Of a stretch of DNA of 64,000 bases, positions 10,413-21,988 are shown one piece after another. Position 1 is the stretch's first letter, and every line of letters starts with the position of its first letter. The stretch is from an uncultured Planctomycetaceae bacterium (lineage in GTDB: Bacteria; Planctomycetota; Planctomycetia; Pirellulales; PALSA-1355). Position numbers and translations under genes: made by a program. Location of the stretch: the NCBI GenBank assembly GCA_963828155.1, contig CAWHDQ010000014.1, positions 225,089 to 289,088 on the forward strand. Direction: 5' to 3'. Below the pieces are notes generated by a model. It was not told the origin of the DNA, searched no databases, and saw nothing but the letters and a program-made list of their open reading frames with translations.

Positions 10413-13400
10413 ATGAAACATCTGCATTGGCTCGGCGCTCGTCGGATCGGGGCTCCTTGGCTCACTGCCCATTGGCTCACTGCCCATTGGCTCAGCGCCG
10501 GCTGCTTCGTCGGGTTGCTCCTGGCTCTCGCTTCACCGGCGGGCGCGAAGGAAGAAGCCGACCGGTTTCTGGAGGAGCTCAACCGCCGCGGTTACGGCGA
10601 GGTGACGCTGACCTATCTCGACTTCCTCAAGCAGTCGAACCTGCTGCCCGAGGACGTGGCCGAGAACTGGGATCTTTATCAGTCCCGCGGCTGGCGGCTG
10701 GCGATCAACGAGGCCTTCAACGACAAGGAAGTCGAAGAGCGGACGGCCAAGGCCAAGGCCCTACTCGACAAGTTCCTCAAGGATCATCCCGAATCGCCCG
10801 ACGTGGGCGAAGAGGTGGCCGAGTGGGGCGACATGACGTTCAAGTCCGGCTTGCGGCTGTTTGCCCAAACCCGGATCACCAAGGACGCCGACAAGAAAGA
10901 CGCCCTGATGCAGAAGGCCCGGGCCGCCTTCCTGGAGGCCAAGCCGCGGTTCGAGCAGGCGGTCGAGCTGCACCGCAAGAACATGTCGGCCCTGCAGGCG
11001 GCCGCCGGCGGCGCCAAGGGCAAGAACGCCGCGGCCAAACAGGCTGCGATCGAGAACGCCGAGCTGCTGATGACCGATGCCCAGCTCAAGCTGGCCAAGG
11101 CCGATTTCTTTCTGGCCATGACCTACGCCGACGATGCCAGCGAGCAGGGCAAGGCCACCCGCAAGGCGACGCTGGAAAAAGCCCGCCTGCAGTTCGGCGA
11201 CATCTACCAGCGCGTATCGCACCGGCGTGATCGGCCTGATGGCCCACACGTTCGAGGGCAAGACGAGCGAAGAGCTGGGGGACGACGGGACCGCCCAGGA
11301 GATGTACGACGAAGTCCTGGCCCTGATGCCTGCCAACGGCAATGAGAAGGTCGACCGGCAGCAGGAGAACATGTTCTCCCAAGTCCAATACTTCTACTTC
11401 ATGATCGTGCTCAAGAAGGATGGGCCCAAGGCCATCCTGTCCGAGGCCCGCGAGTGGCTCAAGCTGTTCGAGAAGTGGCAGAAGGCGGACGGCTACCAGG
11501 GCATCGCGCTCGAGGTGGCCAAGGCCGACGTCGCCCTGCTCGAAAAAGGGGGCGGTGACCAGCGGCAGCAGCTCAAGAAGGAAGTCGACGACATCCTCAA
11601 GATGATGAAGAAGATCCCCAGCGAGTACCACAAGGAGGGGATGGAGCTCGCCCGGGAAATGAACAAGAAAGGCGGCAGCGCCGGACCGGCCAAGACCTGG
11701 GACGAAGCGGTCGCCAACGGCGACGACTCGTTCGGGGCTCAGAAGTGGGACGAGGCAATCCAGTTCTACGAGCAGGCCATCGGCATGTCCAAGGGCATGC
11801 CGGCCGCCGGGCGGAAGGCAACGCTGGCCTCGATCCGCGAGAAGTTGGAAACCTGCCACTACAACCAGGTCTATCACCTCTTCTCCGAGGGCAAAGAAGA
11901 GGAGGCCATGGCCCTGGCCGCCAGCCTGATCGAGGAGAAGAAGATCAGCGCCAAGAGCGAGACCGCCGGCAAGCTGGCCGCGCTGCGGGTACACATCATC
12001 CTCCGCCGCTACGCCTCGTCGCAGAATGCCGAGGAAAAGGAGAAGCTGCTCGCCGAGCTCACTGCGGCCGCGGCCGACGTGGTCGAGAAGTGGCCCGACA
12101 AGCCGGCCGCCGACGACGCGCGGATCGCCATGGCCCAGGCCGCGATGGTCCAGGGCAAGACGGCCGACGCAATTACCCAGCTCGAGGATGTGAATCCCCG
12201 TTCGGAGAAGTACCCCACGGCCCTGCACATGGCGGCCCTGGGTCACCTGCGGATCTGGAACGTCGAGAAGCAAAAGCCGCCGGCCGAGCGCAACGCCAAG
12301 CTGATGAAACAGGAGTCTGAGAAGGCCGTCGAGGATCTGGAAAAGTCGATCGAGGTCCAGACCAAGGCCCTCGGCGACGGCCAGTCGCTGCCGGGGCAGC
12401 TGATCGAGTCGGAGTTGGTGCTGGGCCAGGTCTATCTCGAGGCCAACGAGGCCCAGAAAACCGCCCAGCTGCTGCAGCCGGTCGTCGATTCGATCAAGGC
12501 CTCCAAGCCCGAGAAGCTCGATGGCACCATGCTCAAGGTCTTCAGCACCGCGGTCCGGGCGTATGTGGCCACGGGCGATATGACCAAGGGGGGCGACGTC
12601 GCCACGGTGCTCACCGACCTGGGCGACGACGTGGCCGACATCAACGCCGTGCTGGTGGCCTTCGCCCGGATGCTGTTCGCCGAGTACAAGTCGGCCAGCG
12701 CCGCCCTGATCGAGGCCAAGGCCGAAAACGACTCCCAAGCCATCGCCACGGCCGAAGCCCGGTTGGGGGGTACCAAGGAGCTCTTGGGCAAGCTGCCTCG
12801 AGCGGCTCGCCCCGCGCAAGAACAACACGCCGGTCAGCATGATCTCGATCGGCGACATGGCCGCCGAGCTGGGCCTGATCGAGCTGGCCAGCGAGATCGA
12901 CAATCGCATCCTGACCCACGCCGCCGAGGACGAAGCCTTCTCCGCCCAGTGCGGCCAGAGCGGGCTGACCCGCGTTCAGTCGCAACTGGTCGATCTGCTG
13001 CGGCAAAAGAAGCAATACGAAGAGGGGCTCAAGCAAGTCGACGCCCTGATCGAAAAAGTGCCCAAGGCCCTCGAGCCCCTGATGACCAAGGGCCGGATTC
13101 TGCAGGCCTGGGCCGAGCAAGACTCGGCCAAGTTTCCCGATGCCGTATCGCACTGGGCCAGCCTACGGCAGAAGCTGTCCGGGGCGGTGAAAAAACCCGG
13201 CTGCCCGGCCGACCTGAAGGCCAACTACTACGAAGTGAACTACAACGTCGCCCTCTGCCTGTTGCAAGAAGCGATCAAGACCAACGCCCCGGACAAGGCG
13301 ATCGACTGCCAGAAGGTGCTCAACGCCATGCTGATCAACGCGCCCAAGCTCGACGGCCCGGAAACGGTCGCCAAGTATCGCGAGCTGATCAAACGGGCCG

Positions 13401-13465
13401 ACGAAGTCGTCAAGAAGTCGCCCAAGGCCCAGCCACCGGCCAGCACGGCGGCCAAGGCCAAGTGA
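10413..13465 (+). CDS. Large exported all-alpha/TPR-like protein, ~1000 aa (frameshifts ~11215 and ~12797)
   Basis: Signal peptide 'FVGLLLALASPAGA'; helical TPR-like segments (AVANGDDSFGAQKWDEAIQFYEQAI; LLRQKKQYEEGLKQVDALI) across ORFs 10236/11134/12839. Confidence 0.75.
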
Positions 13466-13728
13466 CCGCCGCTTTGCCGCCGCGCCGGGTCGAGCTGGTG
13501 CTGGTCGATTTGGGCTTGCCCGGTACTGCCCTGCGGGCCGGCGAATGGCTGGTGGCCGCCGGGGCCGAAGTCGCCCGCGGCGACCGCCTGCTGGAGATCG
13601 TGGCCGGCAGCGTCACGGTCGATCTACCCGCCCCGGCCAGCGGCATTTTCGCCCAGCGACTGGTCGAAACCGACGCAGAGCTGCGCGTCGGTCAGGTGTT
13701 GGCCGTGATTCACGTCGCCGACGCATAA
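13462..13728 (+). CDS. Stand-alone biotin/lipoyl-attachment-fold protein lacking the acceptor lysine
   Basis: GTG overlaps upstream TGA; 'EWLVAAGAEVARGDRLLEIVAGSVTVDLPAPASG...VGQVLAVI' aligns to lipoyl consensus. Confidence 0.75.
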   Translation: MTAALPPRRVELVLVDLGLPGTALRAGEWLVAAGAEVARGDRLLEIVAGSVTVDLPAPASGIFAQRLVETDAELRVGQVLAVIHVADA

Positions 13729-13750
13729 CGTTAGCCGCGCACGCGTCATC

Positions 13751-13781
13751 CAGTCCCCAGCCCCCAATCCCCAGCCCCTCC
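13751..13781 (-). repeat. G-rich heptamer-type short tandem repeat after stop codon
   Basis: Minus strand ggggctggggattgggggctggggactgg; near-identical copy at 44861-44890. Confidence 0.6.
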
Positions 13782-13783
13782 GC

Positions 13784-14437
13784 CTACCGCACCAGCTCCA
13801 GCGTGCCCCACAGGCTGGGATCGACCGCGAATGGGAACTCGCTCGAAGCGGCGAATGTCTGCTCGCCCTGCTCGCGGTCGAACAGCCAATAGGTGAAGCC
13901 CAGCCGCGGATGATCGTCGGGCTGAAAGCCGGTCAGGGCCGCCGCCGGCACCAGGGCCGCCAGGCGATAGCCGTCGGGCCGGCGACTCGGCCGCGACCTT
14001 GAGCTGCCCGGGCCGGATCGGCCGGGCGTTTTCCCGGGCTCGTTCGATAAGCAGCTGATCGGCGACCGGCTCGGTCAGTTGCCGCCCGCCGCCGGCCGGC
14101 AAGAACACGAAGCGGTGGCAAAAGCGGCTGGCCCGGTGAATGTTGTGCGTGTCGCGGGTGTCGATCCAGACTTGCAGCCCGTCGCTGTCCTCGACGCGGC
14201 TGTCGCGGCACCAGGCCGGTTGGCTCTTGCCCGACACGTGGACATCGAGCGCCAGTCCCTCGGCGTTCCAGGCGGCCCGGACGTCGGCGTAGGCTTTGCG
14301 CCCTCGAGCTCGGACAAGGCCGGCAGGCGGTACTCTTCCGGCAGCTTGCCGGCGGCGTCGCTCCACAGCCGCTCGCGGTACAGGCACGGCACGGCGAAGC
14401 GAAACAGGAATCGGCTGGGCAGCAAGGATTCGGACAT
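13784..14437 (-). CDS. Conserved hypothetical protein, CBM9/DOMON-like (frameshifts ~14300 and ~13985)
   Basis: MSESLLPSRFLFRF...'DVRAAWNAEGL'...'DGLQVWIDTRDT'...'DPSLWGTLEL' stitched; stop at 13784. Confidence 0.6.
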
Positions 14438-14455
14438 GATCGACGGGTGCGGTTG

Positions 14456-17400
14456 CTAGGGGGCGTGCGCGGCTCTCAGCCGCGGGCGCTCAAGGCCGGT
14501 TCGCGCGCCCTGGGACAGGCTGTCGTAATGTTCGCGAAGGAAATCGGCCAGGTCTCCCTTGGCCAGGTCGTCGGCCTCGACGAACCGCAGCTTGACCACG
14601 TCGCGCTGGCCGCCGGCCTGGAACTCCTGCTCGGCCGCGAGCTTGGCCAGCCGGCCGAGGGCGAAGCGCCCTTGGGCCCGCTCAACTGTAGCTCAAGGTG
14701 TGCCTGCCGCTTGGTGAAAATGCTGGCCCAGGGTTCCTTCTGCTCGGCGACGAAGACGTGGACCACCTGCTGGTTGTTCCACAGGAACTGGCCGGCCGGC
14801 GCGGTCGCCGCCACCAGCTCGCACAGTTCCTCGAGCACGTCGACATCCCAGGCGGGCGTCTTGCCGGGCGGGAATCCCTTGCGCAGAAGTGCCATTTCTG
14901 CCCGAGCACCTTCCAGGGCATTACGTCCTCGGGATTCTGCCGCACCCGGGTGGAGAATTTCTCGAAGCCTGCGACCGCTTTGGCGACGAACTTCCAGAAG
15001 CCCGGCCGATCCACCTCGTCGAGCGAGTGGACTTGCAGCTGGATTTCCTGCCAGGGGCCGCGGAGGTTCTTGCATTTGACCCGCGGCTCGTGGCCGTAGA
15101 CCGGCAGGTCGGCCAGCTCGTTGAGCGGCTTGAGGTCGAGCTCGGTGATCAGCGCCTCGCGGCGGAAGGTGTTCTTGGCCACGCGGAACTTGAGCTTCAG
15201 CAGCCATTCTTCGCCGGTCAGGGCGTGGAAGAACCAGCCGTCGGCCTTCCGATCGCTGCAGATTTCGACGACGCTCCGCTCGTTCCAGTTGGTGGGCCCG
15301 AAGTCGCCCAGCTCCTGAATCTTGTCGACCAGCTGCTCCAAGATGCGGCCGTCCCAGCGGCAGGGCTGGCCGGTGCGGCCGACGCGATCCTGGGTGTGCC
15401 AGCGGCGGCCATTGGCCTGCCAGGGCATCTGGGCCTCGCGGCCGACTTCGGTGATTTCCAGATCGCCGTCGCGCTCGGTTTCCAGGGCGGAAAAATCGAA
15501 CCGCGGACGCTCTTTGTGCGGGCCGGCCGCCAGCACGGGGGCCAAAGCCTCGCCGGTGTGCGAACGCAGAGCGAGGCTCGCGGCGGCCCGGCGCGCCCTG
15601 CTTGGGCTTGGCCTGCGGCCGGGCAGGGGCCGCCTGCTGGGAGTGGGCCACGACATCCTCGGGCGTGCCGCTAACCACGACGTGGCCGCCGCCGGCGCCG
15701 GCCTCGGGCCCCAGGTCGATGACCCAATCGGCCGTTTTGATCACGTCCAGGTTGTGCTCGATCACCACCACGCTGTTGCCCAGGTCGACCAGCCGGTTGA
15801 GCACGTCGAGCAACTTGGCAATGTCCTCGAAGTGCAAACCCGTGGTCGGCTCGTCGAGCAGGTAGAGCGTGCGGCCCGTATCGGGCCGGGCCAGCTCGGC
15901 GGCCAGCTTCACGCGCTGGGCTTCGCCGCCCGAAAGGGTGGGCGCGGCCTGGCCGAGCGTCAGGTAGTCGAGCCCCACGTCGCACAGCGTCTGTAGGATC
16001 CGGCGGATCTTGGGAATGTTGGCGAACAGCTGCACCGCCTTGCCGCAGGACATGTCGAGGACGTCGGCGATCGACTGGCCGTGGTACCGCACCGACAGCG
16101 TTTCGGGATTGTAGCGCCGGCCGCGGCAGGTGTCGCATTCGACCCAGATGTCGGGCAAAAAGTGCATCTCGATGCACTTCTGGCCGTTGCCTTCGCAATC
16201 TTCGCAGCGTCCGCCGGGCACGTTGAAGCTGAACCGCCGGGCCGTGTACCCCCGCAACCGCGACTCGGGCAACTGGGCGAACAGCGTGCGGATCAGATCG
16301 AACACGCCGGTGTATGTGGCCGGATTCGAAGTCGGCGTCGAGCCGAGCGATTGCTGATCGACGCGGATCACTTTGTTGATCCGCTCCAGCCCGCGGATGG
16401 CGTCGTGGGCGCCGGGCATCGTCCGGGCCCGGTGCAACGCGCGGGCCAGCGAAGCGTACAGCACGTCTTCGACCAGCGAGCTCTTGCCGCTGCCGCTCAC
16501 GCCGGTGACGACCGTCAGCGCCCCCAGCGGAATCCGGGCCGTGACGTTCTGCAGGTTGTTATGCCGGGCACCGACGATCTCCAGCCAGCCGTCCGCGGGC
16601 CCGTCGGCAACCGGCGCGGGTTGCGCGCGCGGCCTTCTTGCCGCGTTTCTTGGTGGTGGCCGGCTCGGGGGGGGCTGCGGAGGTCGACGGCATCCGGCGA
16701 TTGGTCGGCACGGCGATCGCCTTCTTGCCCGACAGGTATGGGCCGGTGACGGACGTCTTGCTCTTGGCCAGCTCGGCGGGAGTGCCGCGAGCGACAATCT
16801 GGCCGCCCCCATCGCCGGCCGCGGGTCCGAAATCGAGCAGCCGATCGGCGCCGGCCAGGACTTCGCGATCGTGCTCGACGACCAGCAGCGTATTACCCAA
16901 GTCGCGGAGTTTTTCCAGCGCCCCGATCAAGCGGCCGTTGTCGCGCGGGTGCAGGCCGATCGTCGGCTCATCGAGCACGTACAGCACGCCGCACAGCCCG
17001 CTGCCCACCTGGCTGGCCAGGCGAATGCGTTGGGCCTCGCCGCCGCTAGAGGTCGGGGCCCGGCGGCCGAGCGTCAGATATTCCAAGCCCACGTCGACCA
17101 AAAACCGCAGGCGATTCTGCACTTCGCGCAACAGCTCGCCGGCGATCTTCCGCTCGCGGGCGTCGAGCTTCCAGTTGCCGACCAGGTCGAGCAATTCGCC
17201 CAGCGGCAAGCGGCACAGGTCGTCGATCGTGCGATCCTTGAGCCGCACGGCCGAGGCATCGTCGCGCAGCCGGCTGCCGCCGCACACCGCGCAATCGACC
17301 AGATCGACCAGGTGTTCCCACCGCGAGCGCAGGGCGGGGGAGAGCCGGGCCGCTTCTTCCAGGGCCGGATAGAGCCCCTTGTACTGGAACCGCAGCAGCG

Positions 17401-20400
17401 GGCGATCGGTCTTTTTGCGGCTGCCCGGTGGCAGCACGTCGATCCACTGCTCGTCGAGGCCGTGCATCACCACGCGCCGCTGCTTGGCGCTGAGTTGCTC
17501 GAACGGCACGTCCAGCGGCACGCCGGTCTGCCGGCCAAGGGCTTCGAGCATCGCTTCGAACAATGGAGTGCCGGCCACTGGGCCACAGGGCCACCGCGCC
17601 GGCCCGCAGCGTGAGCTTGGGATCGCGAGCAGCGCGGCCGGGTTGGCCCCGGTCTGGGTGCCCAACCCTTCGCAGGCCGGGCACCAGCCGAGCGCCCCAT
17701 TGAACGAAAAGCTGTGCGGCGTGAGCGGCTCGAAGCTGCGCCGCAGCGGTCGCAGGCAAAGTGCTGGCTGTGGATCGCGACCGGCCACTTCGGCTCGGGC
17801 ACGTCGTCGTGCGGCCAGGCCACGTGCAGCACGCCGTTGCCCAGCGCCAGAGCGTTTTCGACGCTGTCGGCAATCCGCGAGCGCGGCGTCGGAGCGAACG
17901 CTGATCCGGTCGACCACCACCTCGACCAGATGCTTGCGGCGGCGGTCGATCGTCGGCGGCTGATCGATCGAGCAGGTCGTGCCGTCGACCCGGAGACGCA
18001 CATAGCCGGCGGCCCGGATCTCTTCCCACAAGGTTTCGTACTTTTCGCCGACGTTGATCTCCAGCGGCGCCATCAGGTACAGCTTGGTGCCGGCCGGTTC
18101 GGCCATGATCTTGTCGACGATCTCGTCGGCCGTTTGGGTGCCGATCGGAATGTCGCAATCGGGGCAGTAGGGCTGCCCCAACCGGGCCATCAGAATCCGC
18201 AGGTAATCGTAGATCTCGGTCACGGTGCCGACCGTCGAGCGGGGCGTATGGCCCATCTGCTTCTGCTCGATCGCGATGGCCGGCGACAGCCCCTCGATGT
18301 GATCGAGCTGCGGCTTTGGGCATCTGGCCGACGAACTGCCGGGCGTAGGAGCTCAGGCTTTCGACGTAGCGCCGCTGGCCCTCGGCATAGACCGTGTCCA
18401 TCGCCAGCGAGCTCTTGCCCGAACCGCTCAGACCGCAGCAGACGGTCATCTTGTCGCGCGGAATCTCGACGTCGACGCCTTTGAGATTGTGCTGCCGGGC
18501 ACCCTGCACTCGGATGGCCTTGGTCGTGGGCAGCGGGGCGCTGGGCTTGGGCCGCGAGCGGCTGGCCGCCTGGCGGGCGGCGGTGCCGTCGAGCAGCTCG
18601 CGGAGCTTGCGGCCGGTGTGCGAGACTTTGTGTTTGGCCACCTCGGCCGGCGGGCCGGCGGCGACGAGTTGGCCGCCCGCGGCGCCCCCTTCGGGCCCCA
18701 GGTCGACGATCCAGTCGGCCGTCTTGATGACGTCCAGATTGTGCTCGACCACGACCACAGTGTTGCCGGCATCGACGAAGTCGTGCAGCACCTTGAGCAG
18801 CATCTTGATGTCGGCAAAGTGCAGACCGGTCGTCGGCTCATCGAGCAGGTAAAGCGTGCGGCCCGTGCTTTTCTTGACCAGCTCGCGGGCCAGCTTGATC
18901 CGCTGGGCTTCGCCGCCCGAGAGCGTGGGCGAGGGCTGACCGAGCTTGAGATAGTCCAGGCCCACGTCGTGCAGCGTCTGCAGCTTGTGGCGGATCTTGG
19001 GGATGTTCTCGAAGTGCTCGAGGGCTTGCTGGACGTCCATCTCCAAAACTTCGGAGATGCTACGGCCCTTGAACTTGACCTGCAGTGTTTCGCGATTGAA
19101 GCGGTGCCCTTCGCAGACCGGGCAGGTGACCCAGATATCGGCCAGGAAGTCCATCTCCAGCCGGTTGGAGCCGTTCCCCTCGCAGGCTTCGCACCGCCCG
19201 CCCGAGACGTTGAAGCTGAACCGGCCGGCCTTGTAGCCCCGGGTTTTCGACTCGGGCAGCTGCGTGTACAGGTCGCGGATTTCGTCGAACAGCTTGATGT
19301 AGGTCGAGGGATTCGAGCGCGGCGTGCGGCCGATCGGCGACTGGTCGATGGCGATCAGCTTGTCGAGATGCTCAAGTCCCTCGATCCGCTCGTGCGTGCC
19401 GGGCTCGCCCAGCCCGCCGTTCAGGTCGCGGCGGAGGGCCTCGACCAGGATGTCGTTGACCAGCGAGCTCTTGCCCGACCCGGACACGCCGGTGACGCAG
19501 ACCAGCGCACCGAGCGGCACGTCGACGTCGATGTTCTTCAGATTGTTGTGCCGCGCACCGACGATCCGCAGCCGCTTGTCGCCGATCGGCCGGGTCGCCG
19601 CCGGCACGTCGATCTGCAACTTGCCCGACAGGTATTGGCCGGTCAGGCTGCGCTCGGCCTTGGCGATCTCATGGGCCGTGCCTTGAGCGACCACTTCGCC
19701 GCCGCGGACGCCGGGCCCGGGCCCGAAGTCGACGATGTGATCGGCCGCCCGCATGGTGTCTTCGTCGTGCTCGACCACCACGACCGTGTTGCCCATGTCG
19801 CGCAAGTGGGTCAGCGTGTCGAGCAGGCGATCGTTATCGCGCGGGTGCAGCCCGATCGAGGGCTCGTCGAGAATATAGAGCACGCCGACCAGCCCGCAGC
19901 CGATCTGCCCGGCCAGGCGGATGCGCTGCGATTCGCCGCCCGAGAGCGTGGGGGCGGTGCGATCGAGCGACAGATATTCCAGACCCACATTGACCAGAAA
20001 GCCCAGCCGGCCGCGGACTTCCTTGAGCACTTCGGCCGCGATTTTTTGCCGGGTCGCGTCCTGCTCCAGTTCGCTGAAAAACCGCACCGCTTCGGCGATG
20101 CTTAGCCGGCAGACCTCGGCCAGCGAGCGCTCGGGGCGGTCGGCAAAATCGGCGTGCCGGCTGGCCAGCGTCACAGCCCGGGCCTGGGCGTTGATCCGCT
20201 CGCCGTTGCAATCGGTGCAGGCCAGCACGCACATGTACTTTTCCAGCTGCCGCAATTGCATCTTGCTCTTGCTGGAGCGATGCCGGGCCAGCAGCTGGGG
20301 GATGATGCCCTCGAATTTGCCGCCGTACTTCTGGCCGCTGGTGCCGCCGCGCCAGGTGAACGTGATGTGCTCGTCCCCAGTGCCGTCGAGCCAGAGCTGC

Positions 20401-21515
20401 TTCCGCTCGGGCGAGAGATCGCGCCAGGGGGTTTCGAGCATCGTGCCCGAGGGGAGCGAGCGCGTCCGCTCGATCGTCTCGGCCACGCCCTGAAAGATGT
20501 GCCGCCGCCAGCGCCCCATTTCTTTCCAGGGGCCAATCAGCTCGAAGCAGCCTTGCTTGAACGACAGCGCGTCGTTGGGCACGAGCAAGTGCGGGTCGAA
20601 GCTGTAGCGCTCGCCCAGCCCGTCGCACGAGCGGCACATGCCCTGCGGGCTGTTGAAGCTGAACAGCTGCGGCGTCGGCGGCTCGAAGCTGATTCCGCAG
20701 TGCGTGCAGGCATACTGGGCCGAAAGCTGGATATCGGCCGGTGTGGCTTTGGCTGCAGTAGCGGCTTGGGCTTCGGCCGGCCGCTTGCCCTCGTCGCCGG
20801 CTTCGGGGGCGACGATCAGGCTCCCCTCGCCCAGCTTGAGCGCCGTGTCGACCGCTTCGGCCAGCCGGGCCCGGGGCTGGCCGACTGCCAACCGGTCGAC
20901 CACTACCTCGATGTTATGCCGCATCTGCCGGTCGAGCTGCAGATCGTCGGTCAAGTGGACGATCCGGCCGTCGACCCGGGCCCGCATGAAGCCCTGCTTG
21001 ACCAGGTCGACCAGCAGGTCCTTGTGCTGCCCCTTCTGAGCCCGGATCAGCGGCGCGAGCACGGAAAATTTCGTGCCGGCCGGCAACTGGCCGATCCGGG
21101 CGATGATCTGCTCGCGCGTCTGAGCGGTGATCGGCCGCCGGCAATGCGGGCAGTGGCCAATGCCAGTCCGGGCGTAGAGCAGCCGCAGGTAATCGTAGAT
21201 TTCGGTAATCGTGCCGACCGTGGACCGCGGGTTCTGCCCCGACGATTTTTGCGAAATCGAGATCGACGGGCTCAAGCCGCTGATGTGGTCGACGTCGGGC
21301 TTGGGCATCTGCCCCAGGAACTGCCGGGCAAAGCTGGACAGGCTTTCGATGTACCGCCGCTGCCCTTCGGCGTACAGCGTGTCGAAGGCCAGCGAGCTTT
21401 TGCCCGAGCCGCTCACGCCGGTCAGGCAGATCAGCCGGTTGCGAGGCAGCTCGAGCTGGACATCCCGCAGATTGTGCTCGCGAGCGCCCTTGATGACGAT
21501 GTCGGCAGCGGGCAT
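14456..21515 (-). CDS. uvrA: Double-length (tandem) excinuclease ABC subunit A with C-terminal extension (several frameshifts)
   Basis: Four Walker A motifs (GVSGSGKSS x3, GLSGSGKSS), SGGE signatures and LDEP motifs; 'GAREHNL', 'YAEGQRRY' twice; UvrA zinc-finger Cys clusters. Confidence 0.93.
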
Positions 21516-21691
21516 AGGCTTAGCGGGGCGAGATAGAATCCGTTCAGGTGCCGGCGGGTGCGATCCCGAATTGTAGGTCCCTGCCCTGCCGCCCGGCAAG
21601 GTGGCGAGTTTCGGGGATCTGTCCTGACCGGGATTTAACGGTCGAATCCGCCGGCAAATGGCCACGTTTCGGTCAGGCCGGTTTGATAGGA

Positions 21692-21988
21692 TTGTGGCAT
21701 GCAATCAAGGCCGGGCGGCTTCATTTTGTGGGGCTTACGATCGCCATCGGCGCGTTCGCACTATGGCTGCAGGAATGGGCCTGGTTCTATCCGGCGGACC
21801 GGGGCGTGGCCGTTTGGTTCGGCGGCTGCATACTCCTGGGAGTGATCGCCGCAGGCGGTATCGGAAGCCGCTTCGATCGAACGATTTTCGGCATGTACGC
21901 TGGAGCAATTCTTGGCATGGCTGCTGCCTGCGCGATTCCATGGATTTGGCTGGTGCTCAGCCCCAACGGTCCAGAGCCACCGCTATGA
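21692..21988 (+). CDS. Small hypothetical membrane protein (3 TM)
   Basis: Three hydrophobic stretches; stop overlaps next ATG (ATGA); TTG start uncertain. Confidence 0.5.
   Translation: MWHAIKAGRLHFVGLTIAIGAFALWLQEWAWFYPADRGVAVWFGGCILLGVIAAGGIGSRFDRTIFGMYAGAILGMAAACAIPWIWLVLSPNGPEPPL

Noticed and set aside
11134-13728. TPR-lipoyl domain fusion suggested by the 864-aa ORF
   Set aside because: Caused by the frameshift at ~12797; the real TPR frame ends at 13465 and the lipoyl gene starts at the overlapping GTG
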